A stretch of 64,000 bases of DNA from contig OZ220733.1 in the NCBI GenBank assembly GCA_965116875.1, positions 2,176,001 through 2,240,000 on the forward strand, written 5' to 3'. A model generated the notes under the pieces. It was not told the origin of the DNA and did not search any database. It saw only the letters and a list, made by a program, of their open reading frames with translations. The position numbers were made by a program, and so were the translations under genes. Positions 1-10,041 of the stretch are shown here, in pieces. Position 1 is the first letter of the stretch; every line of letters starts with the position of its first letter. The DNA is from Candidatus Latescibacterota bacterium. GTDB taxonomy: Bacteria > Latescibacterota > UBA2968 > GCA-2709665.

Positions 1-145
1 GGACTTAAGGAACTTGCTGCAATGCGGGGTTATGCATAGTTCCGTGAGAGAAACAACCGAAATTGTCGGCACCAACGAGCTATGTCTGTCGGTTCGATAT
101 ATTTAAACTCGGGGCATCCGTACACGACAAAAAGAGACCAACGTA

Positions 146-3100
146 ATGAAAAAATTCACAACTGAGATTGAGGAGTACTTTTCCGACCTTCGACGAATAC
201 GTGCGTCCGGCGGAGGAACCGGCGAACGGTCCAGCTACGGGCCGCTGGCCAATTTGCTGAACGCCGTCGGAAAATCGCTCAAACCGAAGGTATTCTGCGT
301 TGGCGAGTTGGCCGACCAGGGCGCCGGGCATCCGGATTTCGGGCTTTACACGGCAAAGCAGGTACAGAAGGGGCGTCCGCGCCAGGGACAGACGCCGGAA
401 CGCGGAGTCGTTGAAGTAAAATCCCCTGCAGAAAATATGGGCGCGTCTGTGGTTCAAGACCAGGTCGTCCGCTATCTGAACAGATATGGCCTCGTGCTGT
501 CGACCAATTTTCGAAAATTCGAACTCGTTGGCGTCGACGCGACGGGCAGCGAGGTGGTTCTGGAGTCGTTCATTCTCGCGGGTACCGAGCAGGAGTTCTG
601 GCGCAAATTGGACAAGCCACGCGCCTTTGCAAACGAGGTGGGCGCAGGGCTGTGCGAATACCTGACCCGCGCGCTATCCCACCAGGCGGCTATCACCGAA
701 CCGAAGGACCTTGCATGGTTGCTCGCGTCGTACGCCCGCGATGCTTTGGCGAGAGTGGAGGCGGCCGACGATCCAAAATCGCTTGAGGCGATCCGTTCGG
801 CGCTGGAAGAGTCGCTCGGAGTCCACTTCAAGGAAGAGCGAGGCGCGCGTTTTTTCCACTCCACGCTCGTGCAGACTCTCTTTTACGGCGTTTTCTCCGC
901 ATGGGTGATATGGGCACGACAAAAGCCGGCGGCCGGCAGTACGTTCAATTGGCATGAAGCCGTTTGGCATTTGCGCACGCCAATAATGCAGGCTCTATTT
1001 CAGCAGATATCCCAACCAGGCCGGCTACAGCCGTTAGGCCTGGTAGAGGTGCTGGACTGGTCTTCCGCAGCGCTTGCCCGGGTGGACCGGGACGCCTTCT
1101 TCGCCCGCTTCAACGAAGGTGAGGCCGTCACTTATTTCTACGAGCCGTTCCTGCAAGCGTTTGACCCCGAACTGCGAAAGGAATTGGGCGTATGGTACAC
1201 GCCATCAGAGGTGGTCCGCTATATGGTCGCCCGCGTCGACAAAGCGCTCAAGGACGACCTCGGAATCGTTGACGGGCTTGCTGCGCAGAATGTCTACGTG
1301 CTGGACCCATGTTGCGGCACCGGCGCCTTTCTCGCCGAAGTCCTGCGCCGCATCGCCGCAAATCTGGCAGGCCGCGGGCTCGGCGCGCTGACAGGCGCAG
1401 AGGTCAAGAAGGCTGCAATGGATCGAGTGTTCGGGTTCGAGATCATGCCTGCTCCCTTCGTCGTTGCGCACCTTCAGATCGACCTCGCTTTGCGAGAACT
1501 TGGCGTAGCCCTTTCCGACGACGGATCCGAGCGCGCGGGGATTTTTCTCACGAACGCCCTGACCGACTGGGAGAGCACAGGCGAGGGATCGCAGACAGTT
1601 GCATTTCCTGAACTGCAAGAGGAACGGGATCGGGCAGGTCGAGTAAAGCAGGACACTCCGATTCTCGTGATCCTGGGCAATCCGCCGTACAACGGCTTTG
1701 CACGGATGGCAGTGGACGAGGAACGCGAACTATCCTTGGCATACCGAGACACGAAGCGAGTGCGCCGACCCGAAGGCTCGGGATTGAACGATCCTTACGT
1801 GCGGTTCTTCCGGATGGCGGAGCGGCGAATCGCGAAAACCGGCTTGGGCGTCGTCTGCCTAATCTCCAACTATTCTTGGCTGAACCGCTCATCTTTTACG
1901 GGGATGCGAGAACGCTACCTGGAGACATTCGATGCGATCCGCATCGACTGCTTGAATGGTGACAAATACGAAACAGGGAAAATCGCTCCAGATGGCTCGC
2001 CTGACCCAAGCATATTTTCTACTGTCGGCGATCCCGTGGGCATTCAGGTGGGAACAGCTATTGCAACGCTCGTGCGTAATTCGGTACACACCTCCGCCGA
2101 TTCGATTGGATTTCGCCATCTATGGGGCAAGACCAAACCCAAGGAACTTATTGACACTGCCGAGGCAAATCCAGAAACGCTTTACGACCAGATCGAGCCG
2201 GTTTTAGGCCTAGGATTGCCCTTCTATCCTGCGGCCGTAAGTGAGGAATGGTTTGACTGGCCGGCGCTAACCGATCTGTTCCAAGTATCTTTTTCGTCGA
2301 TCAAAACTAACCGGGATACGTTTCTCATTGATATTGATCGCGCTCGCTTGGATGCACGAATTGATGAGTATTTCGATCCCAATTATTCCCACAACGAAAT
2401 AGCACATCGCTATCCAGCAGCAATGCGCACGACTGCGAAGTTTAATGCACGTAAAGTACGCGATGCATTGATTCGTCGTGAAGGACCGGATCCAGATGGT
2501 TTCATCAGATTCGTATACCGGCCTTTTGACATTCGTTGGCTTTACTGGGAGGTAGAATCTGGCCTTCTCGATACGCCCTGCGCCGATTATAAACCTCACG
2601 TCTTTGAAGGGAATCTCTGGCTCGAAGCACGAAAACGAGAAACCAGAGAAGAATTCTGCCGCGGTACAGTCGTTAGACATCTTGCAGACAATTTTGGCAA
2701 TGGGATGTCATACTTTTTTCCCGCATATCTACGATATGTAGGTGAGCAATCGGATGCACCACAGCACAGGCACAACTTGACCATTGAAGCCGGAAGCTAC
2801 CTCGGCAATGTCGATGCAGATGTAGTGGGCCTCTTTTACCATGTCATTTCCACTCTCCACGATCCTGATTACCGCGATGCCAACGCGGGTGCGCTGAAAA
2901 TGGGGTGGCCACGCATCCCTTTGCCTGGATGGCCAATCGGCAAGGCTGAAGGCGCAGCGCGGCAGTTTGGTGATTCGGTTGCTCGTGGGCGTGAGCTGAC
3001 GCGGCTACTCGACCCCGACACACCTGTCCCGGCCGTGACCTATGGCGCACTTCGACCGGAGATCGCCGCGATTGCGGTGCCATCAACGGTTAACGGCCTA

Positions 3101-3478
3101 AACCTGTCCGGTGATGATTTCGTACTTGCCGCAGGATGGGGGCACCTTGGCTCTGGTGAGGCGGTGATGCCCGGGCAGGGCCGAGTTGAACAACGAAAGT
3201 ACACCGCGAATGAAATTCAGGCGCTTGGCGCCGCGAAATCGGTACTCGGCGATAGCACTTTTGACATATACCTGAATGACAATGCCTTCTGGCGCAACGT
3301 CCCCGCCGCCATCTGGAACTACAAACTCGGCGGCTATCAGGTGCTCAAGAAATGGCTGTCTTACCGGGAAAAGAAGGTACTCGGCCGAGCACTCAAGCCC
3401 GAGGAAGTGGGCTACTTTGCGGAGGTGGCGAGAAGGATTGCGGGGATATTGATGCTGACACATCGAAGCGAGAAATAA
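146..3478 (+). CDS. Fused restriction-modification enzyme (Type IIG/IIL-like N6-adenine MTase with Type ISP-like C-terminal specificity region, no helicase)
   Basis: 1110 aa. N-terminal PD..EVK nuclease-like motif (HPDFG...VVEVK), motif I VLDPCCGTGAF, motif IV GNPPY, and YRPFD plus WNYKLGGYQVLKKWLSYR typical of the Type ISP C-terminal domain. No DEAD/helicase motifs seen. Confidence 0.88.
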   Translation: MKKFTTEIEEYFSDLRRIRASGGGTGERSSYGPLANLLNAVGKSLKPKVFCVGELADQGAGHPDFGLYTAKQVQKGRPRQGQTPERGVVEVKSPAENMGASVVQDQVVRYLNRYGLVLSTNFRKFELVGVDATGSEVVLESFILAGTEQEFWRKLDKPRAFANEVGAGLCEYLTRALSHQAAITEPKDLAWLLASYARDALARVEAADDPKSLEAIRSALEESLGVHFKEERGARFFHSTLVQTLFYGVFSAWVIWARQKPAAGSTFNWHEAVWHLRTPIMQALFQQISQPGRLQPLGLVEVLDWSSAALARVDRDAFFARFNEGEAVTYFYEPFLQAFDPELRKELGVWYTPSEVVRYMVARVDKALKDDLGIVDGLAAQNVYVLDPCCGTGAFLAEVLRRIAANLAGRGLGALTGAEVKKAAMDRVFGFEIMPAPFVVAHLQIDLALRELGVALSDDGSERAGIFLTNALTDWESTGEGSQTVAFPELQEERDRAGRVKQDTPILVILGNPPYNGFARMAVDEERELSLAYRDTKRVRRPEGSGLNDPYVRFFRMAERRIAKTGLGVVCLISNYSWLNRSSFTGMRERYLETFDAIRIDCLNGDKYETGKIAPDGSPDPSIFSTVGDPVGIQVGTAIATLVRNSVHTSADSIGFRHLWGKTKPKELIDTAEANPETLYDQIEPVLGLGLPFYPAAVSEEWFDWPALTDLFQVSFSSIKTNRDTFLIDIDRARLDARIDEYFDPNYSHNEIAHRYPAAMRTTAKFNARKVRDALIRREGPDPDGFIRFVYRPFDIRWLYWEVESGLLDTPCADYKPHVFEGNLWLEARKRETREEFCRGTVVRHLADNFGNGMSYFFPAYLRYVGEQSDAPQHRHNLTIEAGSYLGNVDADVVGLFYHVISTLHDPDYRDANAGALKMGWPRIPLPGWPIGKAEGAARQFGDSVARGRELTRLLDPDTPVPAVTYGALRPEIAAIAVPSTVNGLNLSGDDFVLAAGWGHLGSGEAVMPGQGRVEQRKYTANEIQALGAAKSVLGDSTFDIYLNDNAFWRNVPAAIWNYKLGGYQVLKKWLSYREKKVLGRALKPEEVGYFAEVARRIAGILMLTHRSEK

Positions 3479-3480
3479 TC

Positions 3481-4410
3481 ATGATGTACGGGGAAAAATT
3501 CAATAGTCCGAAGGAAGTTCAAGCCTTTCTAAACTCCGATGGGTTTGCAGACGGATTCAAGCGGTGGCTGGTTACTTCAGGCATCCTTAGAGAAATGAGC
3601 CGCGAAATTGAGCCCCCATTACGAGCGTGGCGTAATCTTGTGGAAATCCATGCGTCGAAAATATCAACCGCAATTTCCGAGTTGCGAAAATGGGATCTTA
3701 GTTGCGAGATTCTTGGAAGGGTCGGCTGGTTGCCACACTACACGATCCCATTCGAACAGATCGCGGAATTTGGCGATGACGTTGAATTGATCCGAAGCGA
3801 ACTCCTGGACTACTACACGAGCAACTGGCAGAATGTGCGTGCCGAAATAGAAGCCCGATTGTCAGATTACATGGTAGACGGAGAAGCGAAAGCGACCCTT
3901 CGCGAGGCACTCGATGCTCATGAGGCTGGATTTTATCGGTGCGTATGCCGTGTATTATTTCCAGAAATCGAACGGGTGTTTCGCAAAGGACTATTTGGGA
4001 ACAAGATCGGACCTATCCCATACTCGGAATTTATCGAGAAGCTGACGGATGACGACAAGTCCATTGATGCATTTATTCATCGAGGCCTTTACGATCTTAC
4101 CATATTCGCACATTTGACAGAAGCCGTCCGAGAAGAGCAACGAATTGCGGAGGGACAAAAACCGACGGCGAGTGACGACACAATCTTCGGACTGTTTACC
4201 GGCGTCAGGCGTGAAGAGCACGTTGAAAGACTAAAGAGAAACGCGATTCCGAATCGCCATGCGGCTATACACGGGTTGGTCGCTTATTCTACACAACAGA
4301 ACAGCTTAAATACGATTTTCGTGGCCGATTACATCTTCGAGGTGGTTGGGTCATTCAAATTGCGTCGGCCCTGTCGAAATGTGGATCCTAGGCCCTTCGC
4401 ATCGACCTAA
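3481..4410 (+). CDS. Hypothetical protein with HEPN-like RxxxxH motif
   Basis: ATG 2 nt after the RM stop. Predicted helical. Contains LFPEIE and, near the C-terminus, NRHAAIHG. Confidence 0.6.
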   Translation: MMYGEKFNSPKEVQAFLNSDGFADGFKRWLVTSGILREMSREIEPPLRAWRNLVEIHASKISTAISELRKWDLSCEILGRVGWLPHYTIPFEQIAEFGDDVELIRSELLDYYTSNWQNVRAEIEARLSDYMVDGEAKATLREALDAHEAGFYRCVCRVLFPEIERVFRKGLFGNKIGPIPYSEFIEKLTDDDKSIDAFIHRGLYDLTIFAHLTEAVREEQRIAEGQKPTASDDTIFGLFTGVRREEHVERLKRNAIPNRHAAIHGLVAYSTQQNSLNTIFVADYIFEVVGSFKLRRPCRNVDPRPFAST

Positions 4411-4657
4411 GGCCGATGCTTGCCATCCACGCATCACGTCCGACCTCATCGTCAAGCCAATTCGGTGTTGTCGCGTTATTGCGCATTCATCAAACCCGTG
4501 AAACGTGTTCAGAATCTGATTACTTGATTGTCCAATCCTATTTTTCCCAGCATCCCGGCGGAGATTTCGGTCCATTAGCTCGGCGTTTTTTGATCTTAGA
4601 GAAACGGCAGTCATAGCATGAGCTCGAAAAAGCCTCGGCGCATTCACTCGGAGACTT

Positions 4658-5527
4658 GTGCTACTTGGCCAAGATAGTGAGTCCAAATTGAACTACACAA
4701 GCCAGATAAATCGGATAACGAAGGAAATCGCAGATCTCCGAAAAACTGAGGCACGGGAGACAAAAAAGGAAGCCGAAATTCACGCGAGGATCAATCGCGC
4801 GAACCAAGCAGTATCCCGCACAAATAAACCCACGACACTACAGAATGAACTGAAGAAGATTGAGCGTTCAGCCGCGGAACTCGCGAACGTCCAGAAGAAA
4901 CGCGCCGAAATCTCAGGAAAGATCGCTACCAAGGGAAAGAGCTTGAGTTCATACCAGGAGCGCCAAGCCCGCGAAGATGAACGAGAACGGAAGAAGATTT
5001 CTGACGAGCAAAAAAGGCTGATTCGTGAGCGTGAGGAACACGAAAGGAAGATTACAAGTGAAATTCAAAGTCGAGGCGAAACGTGGCGTATCCGTCCTGA
5101 CGCCACCGAAACACAGCAGGTTGGCTACGACTTCTTTATCTCACATGCAAGCGAGGACAAGGATATCTTTGTTCGTGGATTGGCAGAAGCGCTTCAAGCC
5201 AGGGGAGCCACCGTATGGTACGACGAATCTACTCTGAAGGTGGGAGACAGCTTGCGGAGAGAGATCGATCGAGGCCTGGCGAATTCTCGCTTCGGTGTTG
5301 TCGTATTGTCGAAACACTTCTTCAGCAAGGAGTGGCCACAAAGAGAACTTGATGGCCTTTGGTCACTCGAAGTCGAAGGCGCCGCCCGAATCCTGCCAGT
5401 CTGGCACGAAATCTCAAAGGATGAAGTAGCACACTATAGTCCGATGTTGGCGGACACAATTGCCTTTAATACTTTCGTAATGGGCACCGATGAAATCGCG
5501 GATCGCCTATTTGCATTGATCGACTGA
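4658..5527 (+). CDS. Coiled-coil + TIR domain protein (TcpB/BtpA-like architecture)
   Basis: Charged coiled-coil N-half. C-terminal YDFFISHASEDK, LKVGDSLRREID and KEWPQRELDGL (catalytic Glu retained). GGAG upstream of the GTG start. Confidence 0.9.
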   Translation: MLLGQDSESKLNYTSQINRITKEIADLRKTEARETKKEAEIHARINRANQAVSRTNKPTTLQNELKKIERSAAELANVQKKRAEISGKIATKGKSLSSYQERQAREDERERKKISDEQKRLIREREEHERKITSEIQSRGETWRIRPDATETQQVGYDFFISHASEDKDIFVRGLAEALQARGATVWYDESTLKVGDSLRREIDRGLANSRFGVVVLSKHFFSKEWPQRELDGLWSLEVEGAARILPVWHEISKDEVAHYSPMLADTIAFNTFVMGTDEIADRLFALID

Positions 5528-5626
5528 CTGTCAAAAGCCTTTAGATTTTGGGTCGGTGGTGGTCAATGCGTGGGAACTGTTGATCTCGTCACGTCCGTGC
5601 CAATTGGGAAAATGGCAGGTGATGGT

Positions 5627-7300
5627 TCACACCTCAGAATTCTGACTCTCTGAGGCGATTTCCTGAACAACCGACTCCATATAAATCACAGTATCCAGGC
5701 ACGAAATCAGGATTTCTCCGGGCAACGTTTCGATCCGAGTATTCATGGATCTGTCCTTATAGGAATGGTGCGCGAAATGGTTCCGTGCTGCGTTAAATCG
5801 CAATATTGACCTAAAGATATGGTGCTGAATCTCGCTCCATCTGTCGTTCCCAGCAAGTCCTTCAATTCGTGCGAATATCTCATCGGGTTTTCCGAATAAT
5901 TCACTTTTATCCCAGTTCGATTTCTCTGAGACTTCGGACAAGATACTACGAGCCATTGAACTTGGGGATAGGTTTTCCAAAAACCCACCAAATACCAATC
6001 TCAGCGACCGAGGTTCTTCAGGTTTGACTGCTGTTCTGAAGAACGCTCTTATCAATATCTCGGTTCGGACTGCCAGCACAAGAAGACGATCAAGTATTCG
6101 AGGTTGCCTGAAAACCAATGGTTTCTTCGGGCTCGTAGGTACCTGTTTGTGATGTACGTCGCTGAATGCGCGGATCCATGGCCAGAAGCTATCGTATTCC
6201 ACTAATCTTCCATAGGCGCCTTTTACATCTGCAAGAATTCCCGCGTTAACCAGCGGCTTTGAATAGTCCGGAGCACGTTCGCAGAAACTCTCTTCTAATT
6301 CGAACTCCTCAAAAGAGATCACCTCTCTAAGTCGAACATAGCCCTGATTAGGTCGACCCCATTTCTCGAAATAGATCTCCGCCCGTTTTCCAGTCAGGGG
6401 ACAAAGCCATTCGAGGAGGAGAAACACATCATATCTGAGTTGTTCTATAGCGTGCTGGTAATACCTTCGCCCCGCTTGCTCTCTCGCTCTCCAGTGTCCG
6501 AACAGGATCAGAAGCTTTTCAAGGTCACGCTCCAACAACTCAGTGGAACCATTCGAAACTTTCAAAATGAACTCCGAGAGTTCCCTTCCACTTGTTGCAC
6601 AACAGTCACCCTGCCAAAGGGTCAGAATCGTCTTTGCCGTTCTATAAAATGATATTCGATCGAAAATACCGTCATATTCGACTTCCCACCTCTTACTCGT
6701 TTCACTGTAGTTCGAAATCACGGTCTCACGGCCGATTTTGGACGACAAGAACCGACCTATGTCTTCGTAGCCGTCAAGGGCCTCGACGAATATGTAAGCC
6801 TTCCAATATCGCAAGTATGCTTCAAATGGTCGAAAGGAGATTCCATTTGGATGCTCGAATTTTTCGAGATTTGGAGGTACTTTCTCCGAAAACCTTTCGA
6901 CAAAGTCGCTCTTTAGTACACTATCATAGGGATGCAGTGCACATTCAAGAGACCATTTTCGGTGATCGTCAATCAACCGGCATTGGCAATCAGACCACAC
7001 CAGTTCTTGCGGAATCTCGGAGCCATCCAAAAGAGGAAACCGCTTCCACATCAGGAAATAATCGCGAGGCAACCCAACGAATAAGTCCGGTCTTAGTGCG
7101 CCCTTGACGATCAGGTCTGCTATCTGGAGTCCACAAGGCATCCGCTGAATCCCCAGTCTATCTTTAAGGAAGTCACCAAACCTGCCGCGGCAAGTCTTCG
7201 CTGAAGGCCCTATCGAGTCTGGATCGTCCGCTTGAAATAGCCCCACATTTAGATATCGGCAGTACTTATCCAGTCCGTTGTAGTTTACGTATCTCCACAT
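5627..7300 (-). CDS. Hypothetical protein with C-terminal HEPN-like motif
   Basis: 557-aa ORF, GAAGG before ATG, ARNHFAH near the C-terminus. Confidence 0.6.
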   Translation of the reverse strand: MWRYVNYNGLDKYCRYLNVGLFQADDPDSIGPSAKTCRGRFGDFLKDRLGIQRMPCGLQIADLIVKGALRPDLFVGLPRDYFLMWKRFPLLDGSEIPQELVWSDCQCRLIDDHRKWSLECALHPYDSVLKSDFVERFSEKVPPNLEKFEHPNGISFRPFEAYLRYWKAYIFVEALDGYEDIGRFLSSKIGRETVISNYSETSKRWEVEYDGIFDRISFYRTAKTILTLWQGDCCATSGRELSEFILKVSNGSTELLERDLEKLLILFGHWRAREQAGRRYYQHAIEQLRYDVFLLLEWLCPLTGKRAEIYFEKWGRPNQGYVRLREVISFEEFELEESFCERAPDYSKPLVNAGILADVKGAYGRLVEYDSFWPWIRAFSDVHHKQVPTSPKKPLVFRQPRILDRLLVLAVRTEILIRAFFRTAVKPEEPRSLRLVFGGFLENLSPSSMARSILSEVSEKSNWDKSELFGKPDEIFARIEGLAGNDRWSEIQHHIFRSILRFNAARNHFAHHSYKDRSMNTRIETLPGEILISCLDTVIYMESVVQEIASESQNSEV

Positions 7301-7809
7301 CGCATACCTTCCGGGGGTCCTTGTGACTAAACTCGAGCCTGGCTGGATTTCGCAGCTGATTTCCTATAGGTCACAAGCATTTTCGAGGCGGGTAATTCGC
7401 GGTTATTCAAGCGAAGGAAGACAAAGTCCAGGAAGAGCAGCCGTTATCGGCATGCGGATGACTGCACTGACGTCTGACCGGACGATTTAGGCGGTACTGA
7501 ATGCCCGATATGCAATCTGCCATTGGTCAATTAATGGCGGCTTCGAGATCTTGTCAAGGGAGTGTACAGAGAGAATTGACGCCTCGAACCCGATGTATAC
7601 CACGGTCTAAAGTGACGGCTGTTATAGAGTGAGAAATGCCTGCGCGGTTCTTGCAGCACGATTTGAAGTGTCATCGCTCTATGGCACGGTTACCCTGCGG
7701 ACTATCGGAGGCGTATCCGGGATCGTCCGCCTATCCCTGTACTTCAGGCCTGGGTCGCACAAGGGCTCCTAGAGAAACACCACATCGCGAAGATATCCGG
7801 AGGGAAGCG

Positions 7810-9141
7810 ATGCAACCTTTAGTGCTTTCGATTCCAGGGGATTTCTGGGATGTGCAGATCTATCGTGGCCGCCTGTATCTCTGGCACTATGATGGCCGCA
7901 TTTCCGTGTACGATTGGGAGAGACTGATCGAGTTGGCATATCCAAAAGCCGGCCGGTCTCTCGCAGTCAATGCGGCCTGGTTGCGGGGAAACTCACTGTA
8001 CCGTCCTGACGTACTCGCTGTGTTCGATGATCCCGGATTTCGCAACGTGCTTGACGCAGATTTCGCGAAACTACGGGCTGAAGCACCGGTCATCACTCCA
8101 AAATTACTGAACGGAGCCCTTTATGGCGAACAGGACAATCCGGTCAAGGAACTTCCGACAGATACCGAGATCTTCAGCAATATCCTCTATCTCGTGACCT
8201 ATGACGGATTCTGGTCTGCCACCGCACACAGAAACAACCGGCGCTACCCTGTCAGTTCCAGACCGCAGAAGCGTTGGGACGGCCAAGCCTTTTCGGCGTC
8301 GGCGTCACACGGGCGAATCGCTCTTTCCGCTGGCGACGACGGACTCTTCGAATACGATCTCCGGCACCGCGATGATAATTCGAGCAATGGAAATTTGTAC
8401 CGTCCACAGTCGCATAATAGGGATGGCAGCGTTAGCCAGTTAACGGGCAGACATTCTTCTTATGCGGACTGGGCATTTGCCAGTGTCTACAGCACGTCAT
8501 TGGTTGGAGAATCCTGTCTGCTGGCCTTCCGTTGGCAGCGCGATCCTGCCGGACAGAGGGGTTTCCTGCGGGAGTTCGTTCGCGAATTCGATGAATCCGA
8601 GATACTGCAGACAGGACGTGTGAGGGGCTTGAGTTGGGGCGCGGGAGACAAAATCTGTGGCATCGACAGCGCCAGATTAACTGTGATGCGCTATGATCAA
8701 AAGAAAGTCACAGAGCCAGAAACCGGGACCCCGCAAGCACTGCTGGTATCCGAAAGAACGACGATTCCAACAAGCGCCAAGGCGATGAGCGACGGTAAAT
8801 CCCCACGTGCGGAATCTCCATTCGGTTCTGTTGGTTCAATTCCGCTGACAAAAGAAGCCGACGTAATTAAGGCCGGTCTGGCATATTTCGGGATTCTGCT
8901 TGAGACGAACGAGCAACTCGTTGTATACCGTAGCGATGGTGATCCCTGGACGTTTCCAGGGCCAATTGTCCGATGGCGCACCTATCCTCGAGCAAAGTTC
9001 TACGAGAATCAACTCCACATTGTCGCCGAGGACGCCGTACACATTGTCGCTTTCGTACACGACTATTGGCAAGGCCAGGAAGAAAAGATCGCCGGTATCA
9101 GTTACCGGCATCAAGATCGCCAGAGGCGGTTGACATCCTGA
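7810..9141 (+). CDS. Hypothetical protein (beta-rich, possibly propeller-like)
   Basis: ATG at 7810 after AGGGAAG. 443 aa with many short aromatic beta-strand-like segments. No recognised catalytic motif. Confidence 0.65.
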   Translation: MQPLVLSIPGDFWDVQIYRGRLYLWHYDGRISVYDWERLIELAYPKAGRSLAVNAAWLRGNSLYRPDVLAVFDDPGFRNVLDADFAKLRAEAPVITPKLLNGALYGEQDNPVKELPTDTEIFSNILYLVTYDGFWSATAHRNNRRYPVSSRPQKRWDGQAFSASASHGRIALSAGDDGLFEYDLRHRDDNSSNGNLYRPQSHNRDGSVSQLTGRHSSYADWAFASVYSTSLVGESCLLAFRWQRDPAGQRGFLREFVREFDESEILQTGRVRGLSWGAGDKICGIDSARLTVMRYDQKKVTEPETGTPQALLVSERTTIPTSAKAMSDGKSPRAESPFGSVGSIPLTKEADVIKAGLAYFGILLETNEQLVVYRSDGDPWTFPGPIVRWRTYPRAKFYENQLHIVAEDAVHIVAFVHDYWQGQEEKIAGISYRHQDRQRRLTS

Positions 9142-9157
9142 CCAGACGTGCTACAAT
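9130..9157 (+). promoter_or_regulatory. Putative sigma70 promoter
   Basis: TTGACA-16-TACAAT with an extended -10 TG. Confidence 0.45.
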
Positions 9158-9302
9158 TCCATGAGACCTGACTTCCGTCGAATTCAGCGCAACAGGCAAA
9201 GTGGCTTACCGGCTTGCATACGGATGAACGAGTCTACCTCATAACGTAACGTACCCGGGGCAATCCAGGCCTGCGGGTCGTGGCTATTGGATACTCAAAA
9301 AA

Positions 9303-9497
9303 GTGGAAAAATTCCAGGATGACCCGATTGTCGCCGAAGTCCGTGCTGTCAGGGATGAACACGCGGCGAAATTCGACTACGATGTCAAGGCCATATTCGA
9401 AGATCTTCGAGCACGGCAAGAGGCTTCCGGCCGCAAGTACGTGCGTTACCCTGCTCGCCGCATATCCCCTGTGACGGATATATGTTCGTCCGGTTAA
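9303..9497 (+). CDS. Small DPIVxEVR-family protein (putative antitoxin, usually next to PIN toxins); orphan here
   Basis: DDPIVAEVRAVRDEHAAKFDYDVKAIFEDLR. A homologue is present at 62340-62527. Confidence 0.65.
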   Translation: MEKFQDDPIVAEVRAVRDEHAAKFDYDVKAIFEDLRARQEASGRKYVRYPARRISPVTDICSSG

Positions 9498-9740
9498 GTC
9501 GTCCAGGGGGTTTCGAGTTCGAACGCGCGAGTTCTCGGCGCAAGGTATTGTCGTTTGTGACACTTCACTCCACGGCAAGGGTGTACCTGTGACATCGGGT
9601 GACGGCGTGCAACGAAGTTATTTCAGACGAGCAACAACATCGACGAAACGCGTTGAGAAAAGCGTTTTTGTGAAATCGCGTTTCGGTGAGGAAACAGATC
9701 GGTTTCTGGGTCGTAACGGAAAACGTTAGACGAGGTCGTA

Positions 9741-9959
9741 ATGGGTGCAGGCGCTGTTGTTCTGGGATGGATCAATCGAGTAGTAAGGGGTGGTGAACGT
9801 CCGGAGGACGTTATTGCGGAATTTGAAGAGGATAACTCGTGGGAGAGGAGACGGGGCAAACATCTGATGAAAGAATATCGCAAGGGTAGGATAGAGATGC
9901 TTTCGGTAGACGAGACAAGGAAGGCCATTGATGATTTAGGGCGTAAGTGGTCTTCCTGA
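9741..9959 (+). CDS. Small hypothetical protein, possibly a degenerate antitoxin
   Basis: GAGG RBS before ATG, 72 aa. EEDNSW...MKEYRKGRIEML resembles small addiction-module antitoxins. Confidence 0.4.
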   Translation: MGAGAVVLGWINRVVRGGERPEDVIAEFEEDNSWERRRGKHLMKEYRKGRIEMLSVDETRKAIDDLGRKWSS

Positions 9960-10041
9960 AGGCCCTGTATACGGTGTCGGACCGGGCCGTGAAGGCGGCG
10001 ATGGGCGCCTCACTGTCTCTGGCACCGTTCAGAGTTTTCCG

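Noticed and set aside
9161-9302. Toxin remnant upstream of the 9303 antitoxin-like gene
   Set aside because: No frame gives a recognisable PIN/BrnT motif, so it cannot be supported.
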